A DNA stretch of 64,000 nt. Source: Octopus vulgaris (lineage: Eukaryota). How positions within the stretch are numbered: position 1 is the stretch's first letter; each line of letters opens with the position of its first letter. The DNA lies in contig OX597814.1 of assembly GCA_951406725.2 (NCBI GenBank), positions 217,682,001 through 217,746,000 on the forward strand. The letters run 5' to 3'. Position numbers and translations under genes: made by a program. Below the pieces are notes generated by a model. It made no database searches, was not told the DNA's origin, and saw only the letters and a program-made list of their open reading frames with translations. Positions 40,931 to 52,847 of the stretch are shown here, in pieces.

Positions 40931-43278
40931 ATTCACTTGCTGAGTGGGCTTGGTTCTCTAGGGTAGTATGAGCTGGGGATTTCCTGAGGGCTGGATGTGA
41001 CACATGTACTGAGAAATAGTAGTATACCTGTCTGTAATAACATGAAATTAGTAACCCGATAGTAAGAATTCAAATAAAGTTACCCTGAAAAGGGCTTTAA
41101 TGCGTTCCCAGAGTATATAGAACTTAAGAGGAAATACTAATAAGGTGTGTATACTAAAGTCGTGAAGCATGTTATGTAATAACAAGGCTAATCAGATATG
41201 AGATATTAACAATTCAAAGTAAATAACTCTGAAAAATGCTTTTGTGCATTCCCAGAGAATATTACCCTCAGCGGCACTAGTGTTGGTATATTCGTGAATA
41301 AGTCACTAACCAAAATAAGTGGATCTACTGTTTAGGAAAATACTATTTACTTGTTTAAGAGTTGTACTGGATAAATTGCAAAAATAACTCCAACAGTTCA
41401 AATACTAAGAAATAAGCATACTCAATTTGATTTCTTCCAAATGATTTAGGAAAATGAATGAGTTATTTCCTTTGGCTGTTAAAATGAAATATATTAGATA
41501 TATATAAGTATCCCTCCCAGGGCCCTATTATTGAATTTTTTCAACATTCTGAGTATGCCATGAGGTTTCCAGACATGAGTTCTACTCACATGTCAAGTTT
41601 CATCAAAATCGATAAAACAATGTAGGAGGAGTTAGGTAACAACACCACAAACACTGACAGACAGAAACCTCCCAAATACGTGGGAGATAGAATGTAAATT
41701 TGAAGATTGGGCTATGATTTCTAACAGATCAAGTGAGCAACTATATAAAGTTTCTTTGTTGGTTCAGAAGTGTTCATTGTAAATGCTGTGCTAAATGATG
41801 ATGATGATATTACCTTTAACTCAAACCACATGCTTTCAGATTCAGTCTCACTGATTACTACGATAGGTTGGAGGCCAATTAAAGTGTTGTGAATGGATTT
41901 GGTGGTACCATGTTAAAAGCACCCAGCACACACTATAAAGTGGTTAGCGTTAGGAAGGGCATCCAACCATAGAAACCAAGCCAAATCAGATGGGAACTTG
42001 GTGCTGCTCTCAGGTTTGCCAGCTCTGGTCAAACCGTCCAACCCATGCCAGCATGGAAAACAGACATTAAAGAATGACAACGCTGATGAAACTAATAGAA
42101 GCCCAGTGTGTGTGTGTGTGTGTGTAAATCATTATCGTCATCATTTAACGTCTGTTTTCCATGCTGGCAAGGCTGGAGAGCTGCACTAGGCTCCAATTGT
42201 TTTGGTATAGTTTCTACAGCTGGATACCCTTCCTGATGCCAATCATTTTACAGAGTGTGGACTGGGTGCTTTTTACATATAAAAATATGTATGGGTGTGT
42301 GTCCTCTTGCCTTGACATTTCATGATGGTTGTAGACCAGTAGCACCATCATACAAGTGCTATCTTTCATTTCCAATCTTCTGTGAAAAACATGTCCTGCT
42401 ATAAGGAAATAATACTTTGCAAAGAAACAGGTGAGGGTTTGTGATGAACTGCATCTGACCATAGAAAACCTGCTTCAATGAGTTCTGACTCATGCAATCA
42501 TGGCAAAGTAGACATAAAAACAACGAAGATGACGACTGACAGGAAGAAGAGAAGTGCCTTGATCAAATTTTCCATTAGAAAATGTTCTGTTCATTTTTTT
42601 TTTTTTTACATCAGTTTTTCTTGGCTTGCATGGGTTGAGGTAGCTGTTTTGATAACCAAGCCATACCTGTTCTCAAATAAAAGATTTTTGTGTTCCACTG
42701 GTCTTTGAAAAAAGAATATAAACACTACATCACATTATTTTGCTCAGGGAGTGACAAGTAGCGAAATGTTAAAATTCACACAAACACACACAAATATATC
42801 TAACAAACTTCTGTTTCCATTCCTCATCAACATTCAGCGTCAGTTTTCCATGCTAGCATAGGCTGGATGGCTTGATAGAAACTAGCAAGTCTAGGGTCTG
42901 CAGCAGGTTTTATAGCCTGTTTTGGCATGGTTTCTACGGCAGTATGCACTTCCAAATGCCAACCACATTACAGAGTATATTAAGCACATTTTACATGGCA
43001 CCAAAAATAAGCACTCAGTAAAAATCATGTGGTTACAAAACAAATTCTGTATCCACACAGCCATGCTTGCACCTTACTTCAGTACTGTACTTGATAGCAT
43101 AAAAGATGCACTCCAAATTCAGGACAGGAATAGAAGTTTTAAGGGCATTAAACATGTAATATGGACCCAACAGGCCTGAGGTGACTTTTTGAGCCCTTTT
43201 TTGGAGGGGGAAAGAAGTGTGTCTTATATGCCACCAAACACAGTAATTATCTCAGAAGTATTACTGCCTACAGTGAAA

Positions 43279-43590
43279 GTACATGGTTTAGTGGTTAGAA
43301 TGTTGGGCTTACAATCATGAAGTGGTGAGTTCGATTCCCGGACTGGGCTGTGTGTTGTGTTCTTGAGCAAGACACTTTATTTCATGTTGCTCCAGTTCAC
43401 TCAGCTGTAGAAATGAGTTGCAACATCATTTCTACAGTTGTATCAGCCTTTTCCTTTCTCTTGGACATCAGTGGCATAGAGAGGGGAGGCTGGTGTGCAT
43501 GGGCGACTGCTGGTCTTCCACAAACAGCCTTGTGCCTCGAATGGGAACTGTGTACGTGCAATCCCCACAGTCATTCATGACCAAAGGGGG
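43279..43590 (+). mobile_element. tRNA-derived SINE (family C)
   Basis: A-box tggtttagtggtt and B-box gttcgattccc, followed by ttgagcaagacacttta and ccagttcactcagctg core-like sequence. No tRNA cloverleaf 3' end. Confidence 0.7.
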
Positions 43591-43706
43591 ACTCGGACTT
43601 AGTATTACCACCACTAACACCACTGCTACTGCAACTACATATAAAAGGGAACTGAAATGAATATCATTTTCTTTGTTTATTCCAAATGGTTAAGAAAAGA
43701 ACTCAC

Positions 43707-43901
43707 CTGTTGCTTGCTGTGCCCACAAGTACAATAAAAATACCACTTGTTAGCTTTTAGTTCCATCCGGAATGGTTTCTTATCATAAATTTTGCCTTTT
43801 GGTGGACCATCTACACTGTATTCATTCAAAAATTTCGGTGCTTCTGGATGAGGACGTATTCTGGTAAGAATTTCTGGTCGCATACACCGAATTTGAATCA
43901 T
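43707..43901 (-). CDS. CISD3: CISD3 coding exon 2 (MIQIRC...KPFRMELKANKWYFYCTCGHSKQQ)
   Basis: Seen: ttattcttag acceptor, 195 nt open, CAG|GTGAGT donor. Encodes the first half of CDGSH motif 1 (C-x-C-x2-S-x3). Confidence 0.93.
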
Positions 43902-44024
43902 CTAAGAATAATAATACAAGCAGAATGAATGAATAATAACAATAAAGACTGATTCAGGCTGTGGGAATTCCACAGGATACATGTCATATTCAACTTTACT
44001 ATAAATTCTAGATGAATATATCTT

Positions 44025-44330
44025 TGGCACGTAAAAAGCACCATCCGAATCGTGACCGAAGCCAGTGCTGCCTCGACTGGCTTCCGTGCAGGTGGCACGT
44101 AAAGTGCACCAATCCGACCGTGGCCGATGCCAGCCTTGCCTGGCACCAGTGCAGGTGGCACATAAAAAGCACCCACTACACTCACGGAGTGGTTGGCATT
44201 AGGAAGGGCATCCAGCTGTAGAAACATTGCCAGATAAGACTGGAGCCTGGTGCAGCCTTCTGGCTTCCCAGATCCCCGGTCGAACCATCCAACCCATGCT
44301 AGCATGGAGAACGGACGTTAAATGATGATG
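44025..44330 (+). mobile_element. RTE LINE 3' end (CISD3 intron 1)
   Basis: Nearly identical to the 35355-35776 copy, with a (GAT)n tail. Confidence 0.85.
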
Positions 44331-44517
44331 GTATATTAATCTAAGGATGCATGCAGTGTTATATTAACATATTACAATTCACATTTTTTGTTTTAATTTG
44401 AATGTTAGCCAATTTTCCCACACTTTTGTTATTTGAAGTGAAATGAAATTAAAAAGAATTAATTTTGACTAATTTTGTAAAGGCTTAAACAGTTTCCATC
44501 TAATGCTAAAAATAGTT

Positions 44518-44860
44518 ATCATCATCATCATCATCGTTTAACGTCCGTTTTCCGTGCTAGCATGGGTTGGACGGTTCGACTGGGGTCTGGGAAGCCAGGG
44601 GCTGCACCAGGCTCCAGTCTGATCTGGCAGAGTTTCTACAGCTGGATGCCCTTCCTAACGCCAATCACTCCACGAGTGTAGTGGGTGCTTTTTACGTGCC
44701 ACCTGCACAGGTGCCAGGGGGGTCTGGCATCGGCCATGATCGGTTGGTGCTTTTAACATGCCACCGGCACGGAAGCCAGCCAAGGCGGCGCTGGCATCGG
44801 CCATGTTCGGATGGTGCGTTTTATGTGCCACCGGCACAGAAGCCAGTCGAGGTGGCGCTG
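44518..44860 (-). mobile_element. RTE LINE 3' end, inverted relative to 44025-44330
   Basis: (CAT)n tail at left and the same UTR sequence. Confidence 0.85.
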
Positions 44861-45410
44861 AGAACGGCCATGCCTAGGGAAAATCAGTATGCCAATATAA
44901 TCAACACACACACACTGGTTCAATTTCACTCATTAAATCTGCAATTGTTTTGTTTTTATTTGTCAAAACTCTTTCGTTACTTCTTGCAACCTTTTCAATG
45001 ACAATCGACTTCGTCCATTATTGAAAAGGTTTCAAGAAACAATGCAAGAACTTTGAGAAACAAAAACAAAACAATTGGTTAATTAATAAATGAGTGGAAC
45101 TGAACCAGTGTGTGTATTAATTAGATTGGCATAATGACTCCCAAAACACAACAAAAGTTATTTCAACACATGAATTCACATAAATAATCTTGCAAATCAG
45201 ATACAAAAACGAAGCTAAAAATTGTGTTCTTAACAAAAATTAATTCTTCATTTAAGTTTCTCCTATAATTTGGCAGACCAAGCTTGAAAACATTGACCTA
45301 CTCTATATATTTAAGTATTCCTTGAACATTTTACTCAACAGCAATGTTTGAATAACAAATATTCTAATCTTATGATGAGATTAACAAGGATTAACAGTAC
45401 TTGTGTAGTT

Positions 45411-46535
45411 CAGCTCTGTCTGGCCCCCGTGTCGGTGGCACGTAAAAGCACCATCCGTTCGTGTTCGTTGTCAGCCTCGGCTGGCCCCCGTGCCGGTGAC
45501 ACGTAAAAGCACCGTCCGTTCGTGGCCGTTTGCCAGCTCTGTCTGGCCCCGTGTCAGTGGCACGTAAAAGCACCATCCGTTCGTGTTCGTTGTCAACCTC
45601 GGCTGGCCCCCCGTGCCGGTGACACGTAAAAGCACCGTCCGTTCGTGGCCGTTTGCCAGCTCTGTCTGGCCCCGTGTCGGTGGCACGTAAAAGCACCATC
45701 CGTTCGTGTTCGTTGTCAGCCTCGGCTGGCCCCCATGCCGGTGACACGTAAAAGCACCGTCCGTTCGTGGCCGTTTGCCAGCTCTGTCTGGCTCCCGTGT
45801 CGGTGGCACGTAAAAGCACCATCAGTTCCTGTTCGTTGTCAGCCTCGGCTGGCCCCCGTGCCGGTGACACGTAAAAGCACCGTCCGTTCGTGGCCGTTTG
45901 CCAGCTCTGTCTGGCCCCGTGTCGGTGGCACGTAAAAGCACCATCCGTTCGTGTTCGTTGTCAGCCTCGGCTGGCCCCGTGCCGGTGACACGTAAAAGCA
46001 CCGTCCGTTCGTGGCCGTTTGCCAGCTCTGTCTGGCCCCGTGTCGGTGGCACGTAAAAGCACCATCCGTTCGTGTTCGTTGTCAGCCTCGGCTGGCCCCC
46101 GTGCCGGTGACACGTAAAAGCACCGTCCGTTCGTGGCCGTTTGCCAGCTCTGTCTGGCCCCGTGTCGGTGGCACGTAAAAGCACCATCCGTTCGTGTCCG
46201 TTTGCCAGCATTGTCTGGCCCCGTGCCGGTGACACGTAAAAGCACCATCCGTTCGTGTCCGTTGCCAGCATTGCCTGGCCCCCGTGCCAGTGACACGTAA
46301 AAGCACCATCCGTTCGTGGCCGTTCGCCAGCTCTGTCTGGCACCTGTGCAGGTGGCACGTAAAAAAACACCCACTACACTCGCGGAGTGGTTGGTGTTAG
46401 GAAGGGCATCCAGCCGTAGAAACACTGCCAGATCTGACTGGGCCTGACGAAGCCTTCCAGCTTCACAGACCCCAGTTGACCCGTCCAACCCATGCTAGCA
46501 TGGAAAGCGGACGCTAAATGATGATGATGATGATG
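45411..46535 (+). mobile_element. RTE LINE 3' end whose ~61-bp UTR subunit is expanded to about 16 copies
   Basis: cacgtaaaagcacc recurs about every 61 bp over 45411-46360, then the standard 3' end and (GAT)n tail follow. Confidence 0.9.
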
Positions 46536-47786
46536 TATGTATATGGATTCAATATTTTGGTATAGAATTGTAATGCATTTTGGTATACAGCTGTCCAAAC
46601 AGTCATAAATCATATTAAATACTAATGATTTCTCAAGACAGACTAACATTAAGTGAGGCTGTGTGGTTAAGATGCTTGCTTCCCAACCATGTGGTCTTGG
46701 ATTTAGTCCCACTGTGCGGCACCCTGAGCAGGTGTCTTCTACTACAGCTCTGGGCCAACCAAAGCCTTGGGAGTGGATTTGGTAGACAGAAACTGATAGA
46801 AGCCTGTTGTGTGTGTATATATATATATATATATATAAAAGTGTGTATGTCTTTGTGTTTGTCCCCCACCACTACTTTACAACAGGTGTTGGTTTGTTTA
46901 TGCCCTGCCCTCGACTTAGCAGTCTGGCAAAAGTGACTGATAGAATAAGTACCACACTTAGAAAATAAGTATTCAAGTCAATTTGTTCAACTAAACATGT
47001 CAAAGTGGTGTCTGAGCATAGCCAGAGTCCAATGGCTGAAATGAATGAAAAATAATCTTCTGAGTGTACTCTGTAACTTTGCTCATTACACCTGTAGCAC
47101 ATCATCACCTTTACTCCGATACCTTACAGAGCCTAAGCCAACACAGAGTTGGCTGTAGGGAAGGACATGACCACATTATCAAAATAGTTTGACTCTGAAC
47201 TTTACTAATTGCTATGGAGCAAGAAAGTTGCAGTGGATGTTAGGTCCAATATAACATGAAGTTCAACATATGAGCACTCTAGACCCTCACTCAATGTGAA
47301 CTACTGATCAATGGTGCTTCCATACTATGTTCATGTATTTGTTGTATCTTCACGTTCCATTCCACAATACTTGGCTGAGAGAGAGAGAAAGGGAGATTGT
47401 GCAATAGCATCACAATGGTAACAAGTCTTGAGATCAGATGAGTGGATGGCGTGCCAGATGGGGGTAAGGAAATTCATAAATGCAATCAGAGAGGCTGGGC
47501 TTCTTCATTATTGCAAGAAACTGAATTTGTGTTTGGATATGTCTCAAATTATGCTACAAGTCTGTTTAGAATTTTGTTTAATATAAGACAACTGACATTT
47601 TTATGAGATAAAATAACTCATTGTTCCATTTCCTCTCGTATGCATCTGTCAAAAATTTCAGTAGCCCATAATAACAGCAACAACAATATACAGCAAGAAT
47701 ATCACTTAGTATCAGTAGCAACATCATTTAGAGTGTTGGAAAGGTTGTCAATATATATTAAGTGGTGGATGTTAATACGATACTCA

Positions 47787-48073
47787 TCTTTATATATAAA
47801 AGTGAAGTTGTGTGTCTGTCTCCTACGATTTAGATTCCTAACTACTCCCACATTTTGCGGTGCAGTTTAACCAAAACCGGGTATCTTATAGTCGTGATTC
47901 ATATCGAGCCCTTCTGGGTATTAGCACGCATCTACGATGAGTCTATGATTTAAAAAATAATTTACCATAATTTTTTCCCCATTTTTAATGCATTTTTTTT
48001 GCTATAACTCTCTAAAAATGCTTATATAGTTATTTCCCTTACAAACCCGTGCAACGCCGGGCTATGCTGCTAG
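47787..48073 (+). mobile_element. Non-autonomous Helitron
   Basis: A|TC...CTAG|T ends. Same family as 14811. Confidence 0.85.
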
Positions 48074-48284
48074 TTTCATATAAAACAATAGTTAAGTGTG
48101 TATCACAGAGCTGAACTCAGCCAGCAGTTTGTTGCTCCTCTCTCTCTTGATAAAACCTTTATTCATCTGGTTAAGTGTATAGGATATGCAGTAAGAAACT
48201 GTTGAAGCATTTTCATAGATGCCTAAATATGTGCAGTAGTCTAATGACTGAGCCAATCCACCAAGCTTCTCCATTTAGAAATAA

Positions 48285-48583
48285 CTAGCAGTATCGCCCG
48301 GCATTGCTCGGGTTTGTAAGGGAAATAACTATATAAGCATTTTTAGAGAGTTACTTCCCTTATATAATAGCGAAAAAATGCATTAAAATGGAAAAAAAAT
48401 GATGGTAAATTATTTTTAAAATTGTAGACTCATCGTAGACGTGCGCTAATACCCAGAAGGGCTCGATATGAATCACGACTATAAGATACCCAGTTTTGGT
48501 TAAACTGGACTGCAAAATGTGGGAGTAGTTAGGAATCTAAATCGTAGGAGACAGACACACAACTTGACTTTTATATATAAAGA
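48285..48583 (-). mobile_element. Non-autonomous Helitron, inverted relative to 47787-48073
   Basis: Same termini in reverse orientation. Confidence 0.85.
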
Positions 48584-49315
48584 TAATGGATAAACCATGA
48601 GATCCAAGTGGTAAAAGAGATAGAACATTTGCTGTCTTCTAAGATATTGCTTTCACCTCATTTGTAGGATTATTTAACTTTGTACCGGGATCTTTGCTGG
48701 GTTGCATCTTTTCTCTGGCTGCTGACTTTCTGCTTTTCCTCTGTGGCTGTGTGACCAAAACGGTTGCTTCCCAACCACGTGGTTCCAAGTTCAATCCCAC
48801 TGGGTAGCACATTGGGTAGATGTCTTCTACCTCAGACCAACAAAAGCATTGTGAGTGAATTTGGTACATATATGTATGTGTGTACCCTTGTCTCAAAATC
48901 ACGAGGGCTGTACGCAAGCATCATCATCATCATCAACAGGCAATATCAAGTCTTCCATGTTTGACCATGGGACATCAAAGGAATTGCAAGGGAAGGCAGA
49001 AGCATGGGATCCCTTATATGGTTCAGTCTCTTCAATTTAAAAATGCCATCGATGCTGCCATGCAGACATATAAAACTCTCCTCACCACAATGAAGAAGAA
49101 ACGACAGCAACTTCCCATCACAATGTTCCTCAAGCTCACCAAGAAAGCCTCGCACAAGGATACGACACCCCCTAAAACACCTGAAGAGCTTTAAATTTTC
49201 TTTGCTTTGCAGTCATTACCTTCATTATTTTCATCATTTCATTATTGATAAGTAACTGTACATTCTACTTTATTTTTTATTAAATTATTATTATTATTAT
49301 ATATATATATATACA

Positions 49316-49640
49316 CTAGCACTATGACCCGGCGTTGCCGGGTCATAGTGCTTGTGCATGCGTGCGCACATCCACGAGAGTACTGTCCAAATCTCCGACC
49401 AATCACATACAGCTAGCTGGCATTCAATTGGCGTATCAAATTTCGGGCATTTTGATTGGGTTTTGGATAGAAAATTCACAAAAAAGTCACTTCTATTGAT
49501 TTTTTAATGGCTTTGCGGGGTGACTGGGGAAATGTAAAGATGTGCACGACCACCCTTGGATGGTTTTCAATGACCATAGAAATTGTGGATTTGTATAAAG
49601 GACACACACACAGACATTTTGCCGTTTATATATAGAGAGA
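49316..49640 (-). mobile_element. Non-autonomous Helitron of a second family
   Basis: CTAG end with a perfect 16-bp hairpin agcactatgacccggc-gtt-gccgggtcatagtgct, and a TC start on the minus strand. Confidence 0.7.
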
Positions 49641-50480
49641 TAAATTTAAAACGTCATATTTTGATATTTATAGGTATTTTTATGGACCACGCCCAATATA
49701 GGATTTTTACTATTCGTAGGTGGTCTAGGAACATAACCCCCGCAAAAACCGGGGACTACTGTATTTCTATGTTGGTTTTCTATTTGGCGAAATGAAAATG
49801 AATAAAATAAATATTTCTCCAGAACAAAACGATTAATGATGCTACAAGGTGGATACACATCACCTTCATCCCATCCATAAAATATGGAATGTGGGACAAT
49901 GTTAGATGTGGAAATCTAACTAGGTTAAGTTCGTACATTTTATATGGTGCAAAATGAAAATATATAACAAGGTGAATAGGAGGTTGTTTAGGATTAAATA
50001 CCAAAAGGAACTGAAAGCTTATCTAGGTTTCTATGACCTTCATATACGAGAAACGAACCTGAATACGTAACACAAAAACAGCATTAAAATACAAATAAGA
50101 AATAACGAAAAACAGTAGCAACTATAATTGCTACTGTTTTTATTTATTCATTTTTCTGTAGTATTTATAATAAAACGAAGTTCAATTGGATTCATTGACG
50201 AAATTCTAGCCCCGAAAACTACCCAAAACTAACAGGAAAGATCAGTCTACAACGTATATAACGAAAAGCGTCATATATATATATATATATATATTTCTTT
50301 ACTACCCACAAGGGGCTAAACACAGAGGGGACAAACAAGGACAGACAAACGGATTAAGTCGATACATCGATCCCAGTGCGTAACTGGTACTTAATTTATC
50401 GACCCAGAAAGGATGAAAGGCAAAGTCGACCTCGGCGGAATTTGAACTCAGAACGTAGCGGCAGACGAAATATATATATA

Positions 50481-50729
50481 TATACTAAGTAATTAAGGGT
50501 TTAGCAACGCTTTGCCTCACCACACACCGAATTTAGAAATAGCAGTCAAAGAGTTATGGCTATTCTTTCTAATTAAAAGGGAGATCCCAGTAAAACCACA
50601 GCACTAAAAAGGCCTTTTACTGGGATCTCCCTTTTAAGTAGAAAGAATAGCCATAACTCTTTGACTGCTATTTCTAAATTCGGTGTGTGGTGAGGCAAAG
50701 CGTTGCTAAACCCTTAATTACTTAGTATA
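50481..50729. repeat. Inverted repeat with 115-bp arms and a 19-nt spacer (CISD3 intron 1)
   Basis: 50481-50595 is the reverse complement of 50615-50729, with one mismatch seen. Confidence 0.95.
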
Positions 50730-50901
50730 ACTTAAACCTTCCTTCAATGGGGCTTTTACATGCCGAACTCTACTTGGGTGAAATTAATGATTATTCCAAA
50801 TTAATTAACTTCACCCTATATTATTATTATTGATATATATATACATATATATATATAGTGTGTGTGGAGGTAGTTTGTTTAATAAAATAAATGGCAATTA
50901 C

Positions 50902-50961
50902 CTGTCCGAGGCCGGTTTTCCAAAGGTGCAGACTGCAAGCATGCTGCGCCAAGAGAGACAT
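50902..50961 (-). CDS. CISD3: CDGSH iron-sulfur domain protein 3 (MiNT), coding exon 1 (MSLLAQHACSLHLWKTGLGQ)
   Basis: Seen: ATG at 50961, 20 open codons, then CAG|GTAATT donor, phase 0, compatible with exon 2. The peptide has no acidic residues, as expected of a mitochondrial presequence (inference). Confidence 0.75.
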
Positions 50962-51248
50962 GTTGATATTTTGGCGGAAACGGTTATTTTAAGAGCGGAG
51001 CAAATATAATTAATTAACAAACATGTATATTTTTTTTTTGGCGTATCTTAATAATATAAGAATTTTTTTTAAATACAGATTCTATAAAATATATTTATAT
51101 TTTATTATTTTAATTAATTGCTTTTTATTACTCGGTATACATATGTATACGCGGTAACGTTACCTTAGCAACGGATAAACAAAAATAAACAAACAAATTC
51201 AATATTATCTTGTCCCGTCTTTTGATATGCCGAGATTTATTCTGCGAA
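50962..51248. promoter_or_regulatory. Bidirectional promoter / 5'UTR region between CISD3 and SPAG6
   Basis: 287 bp separate the two divergent ATGs. The interval is free of recognisable transposons and locally richer in CpG. Confidence 0.8.
51159..51172. promoter_or_regulatory. RFX X-box (GTTACCTTAGCAAC)
   Basis: Fits the X-box consensus GTNRCC-N0-3-RGYAAC and lies about 80 bp before the ATG of a motile-cilia gene. Followed by forkhead-like ATAAACA motifs at 51175-51197. Confidence 0.8.
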
Positions 51249-51273
51249 ATGAGTCTAAGACAAGTTCTTCAAG
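51249..51273 (+). CDS. SPAG6: Sperm-associated antigen 6 (PF16, armadillo-repeat axonemal central pair protein), coding exon 1 (MSLRQVLQ-)
   Basis: Seen: ATGAGTCTAAGACAAGTTCTTCAAG|GTAGGC, phase 1. Joins exon 2 to give MSLRQVLQVFEQYQK, matching the recalled SPAG6 N-terminus MSQRQVLQVFEQYQK. Confidence 0.92.
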
Positions 51274-51301
51274 GTAGGCATTACTTAATTTAGTGCATTA
51301 C

Positions 51302-51371
<70 letters not shown>

Positions 51372-51420
51372 TCATCATCATCATCATCATCATCGTTTAG
51401 CGTCCGTTTTCCGATGATGA

Positions 51421-51502
<82 letters not shown>

Positions 51503-51683
51503 ATTCTTTTTCTTTTATTCTTCTACTTGTTTCAGTCATTTGACTGTGGCCATGCTGGAGCACCGCATTTAGACGAACAAATCGACCCTAGGACTTAATC
51601 TTTGTTAGCCTAGTACTTATTCTATCGATATCTTTTGCCGAACTGCTAATTTACGGGGACGTAAACACACTAGCATCGGTTGT

Positions 51684-51730
<47 letters not shown>

Positions 51731-51866
51731 CATACATACTTACATATGTGTGTATATATATATATATAACGGGAAGCTTTATGAAAATAAACAAAAGACG
51801 AAGGCAGGTGGAGTATAAACAAACAATTGTATTAGTATGGCGCTCAGGAATATAAATAAAACAAGT

Positions 51867-51902
51867 CTTTTACGTTTCGAGCCTACGCTCTTCAACAGAA
51901 AG
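51867..51902 (-). ncRNA. Minimal hammerhead-like motif with variant core
   Basis: cuuu-CUGUUGA-a-gagc(guag)gcuc-GAAACGUA-aaag. Stems I and II are perfect, but the core reads CUGUUGA instead of CUGANGA. Confidence 0.55.
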
Positions 51903-52546
51903 ATACACAGAAAAGAAACACGGAGAGAAACAAGGAGAGAAAAAAAATGATTGCAGAAGCTAGCGATTCAACATATGCATATATGGGTACAGGACATCAC
52001 CAATGGTGCAAATAACATGAAATACGTAAACAAGAAAGTAAATTCAGGGAAAGGACCCTTCATCATTTGTCGGCTGTCTCATTTCATTCATTCAACGATA
52101 TATCATCATCATCATCATTTAACGTCTGCCTTTCATAGTAGCTTGGGTGGGATGGTTTCACAAAAGCCGGCCAGGCAGTAGCTGGCACCAGATTTCTTGT
52201 GATTGTTTTGGCAGGATTTTTACAGCTGGATGCCCTTCCTAACACCAACCACTCTGCAGAGTGGACTGAGTGCTTTTTATGTGGCACAAGCGCAGGTGAG
52301 GTCAGTTTTGGTAAGGTTTTTACAGCTGGATGCCCTTCTGAACACCAACCACTTTACAGTGTGGACTGGGTGCTTTTAAGTGGCACCTGCACTAACAAGG
52401 TCACCAAGTACTTGCAAAAAAAAAAAAACTTTCAAGAGGGCATTTGAGGATGTGATTTTGTGTTGGATGATGAAAGGTTATAGTGAGACAAAGAAACAGA
52501 AACAGAAGTCTTGCTGTGGAGGAAGTACAAAGTTACCCAGCCAGGG

Positions 52547-52589
<43 letters not shown>

Positions 52590-52847
52590 GATCAGTAATA
52601 AAGACAGAAACAGGTGTGCTACCACAAAGGATATAAATGGTTCCCAACCCAAGAAAAGTGCAAGAGAAGGAGAGAGAGAGAGAGTGGGAGATACCAGGAT
52701 AGAAATGGTGGGAAAATGACAGGCATACTAACAAGGGGTGGGGATCAGAATATAAATGGGATGGTTGAGTAAAGGGAGAGAGAGATATAAATGGTAGCAA
52801 GTGCCAGGGCATACCCTCGAAGTTCAAATGCCATACATATATATATA

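Noticed and set aside
43279-43350. tRNA gene
   Set aside because: It has A/B boxes but no acceptor stem or terminator, and it continues into SINE body sequence.
45411-46360. CRISPR-like repeat-spacer pattern
   Set aside because: The apparent spacers are two alternating variants of the LINE 3'UTR subunit.
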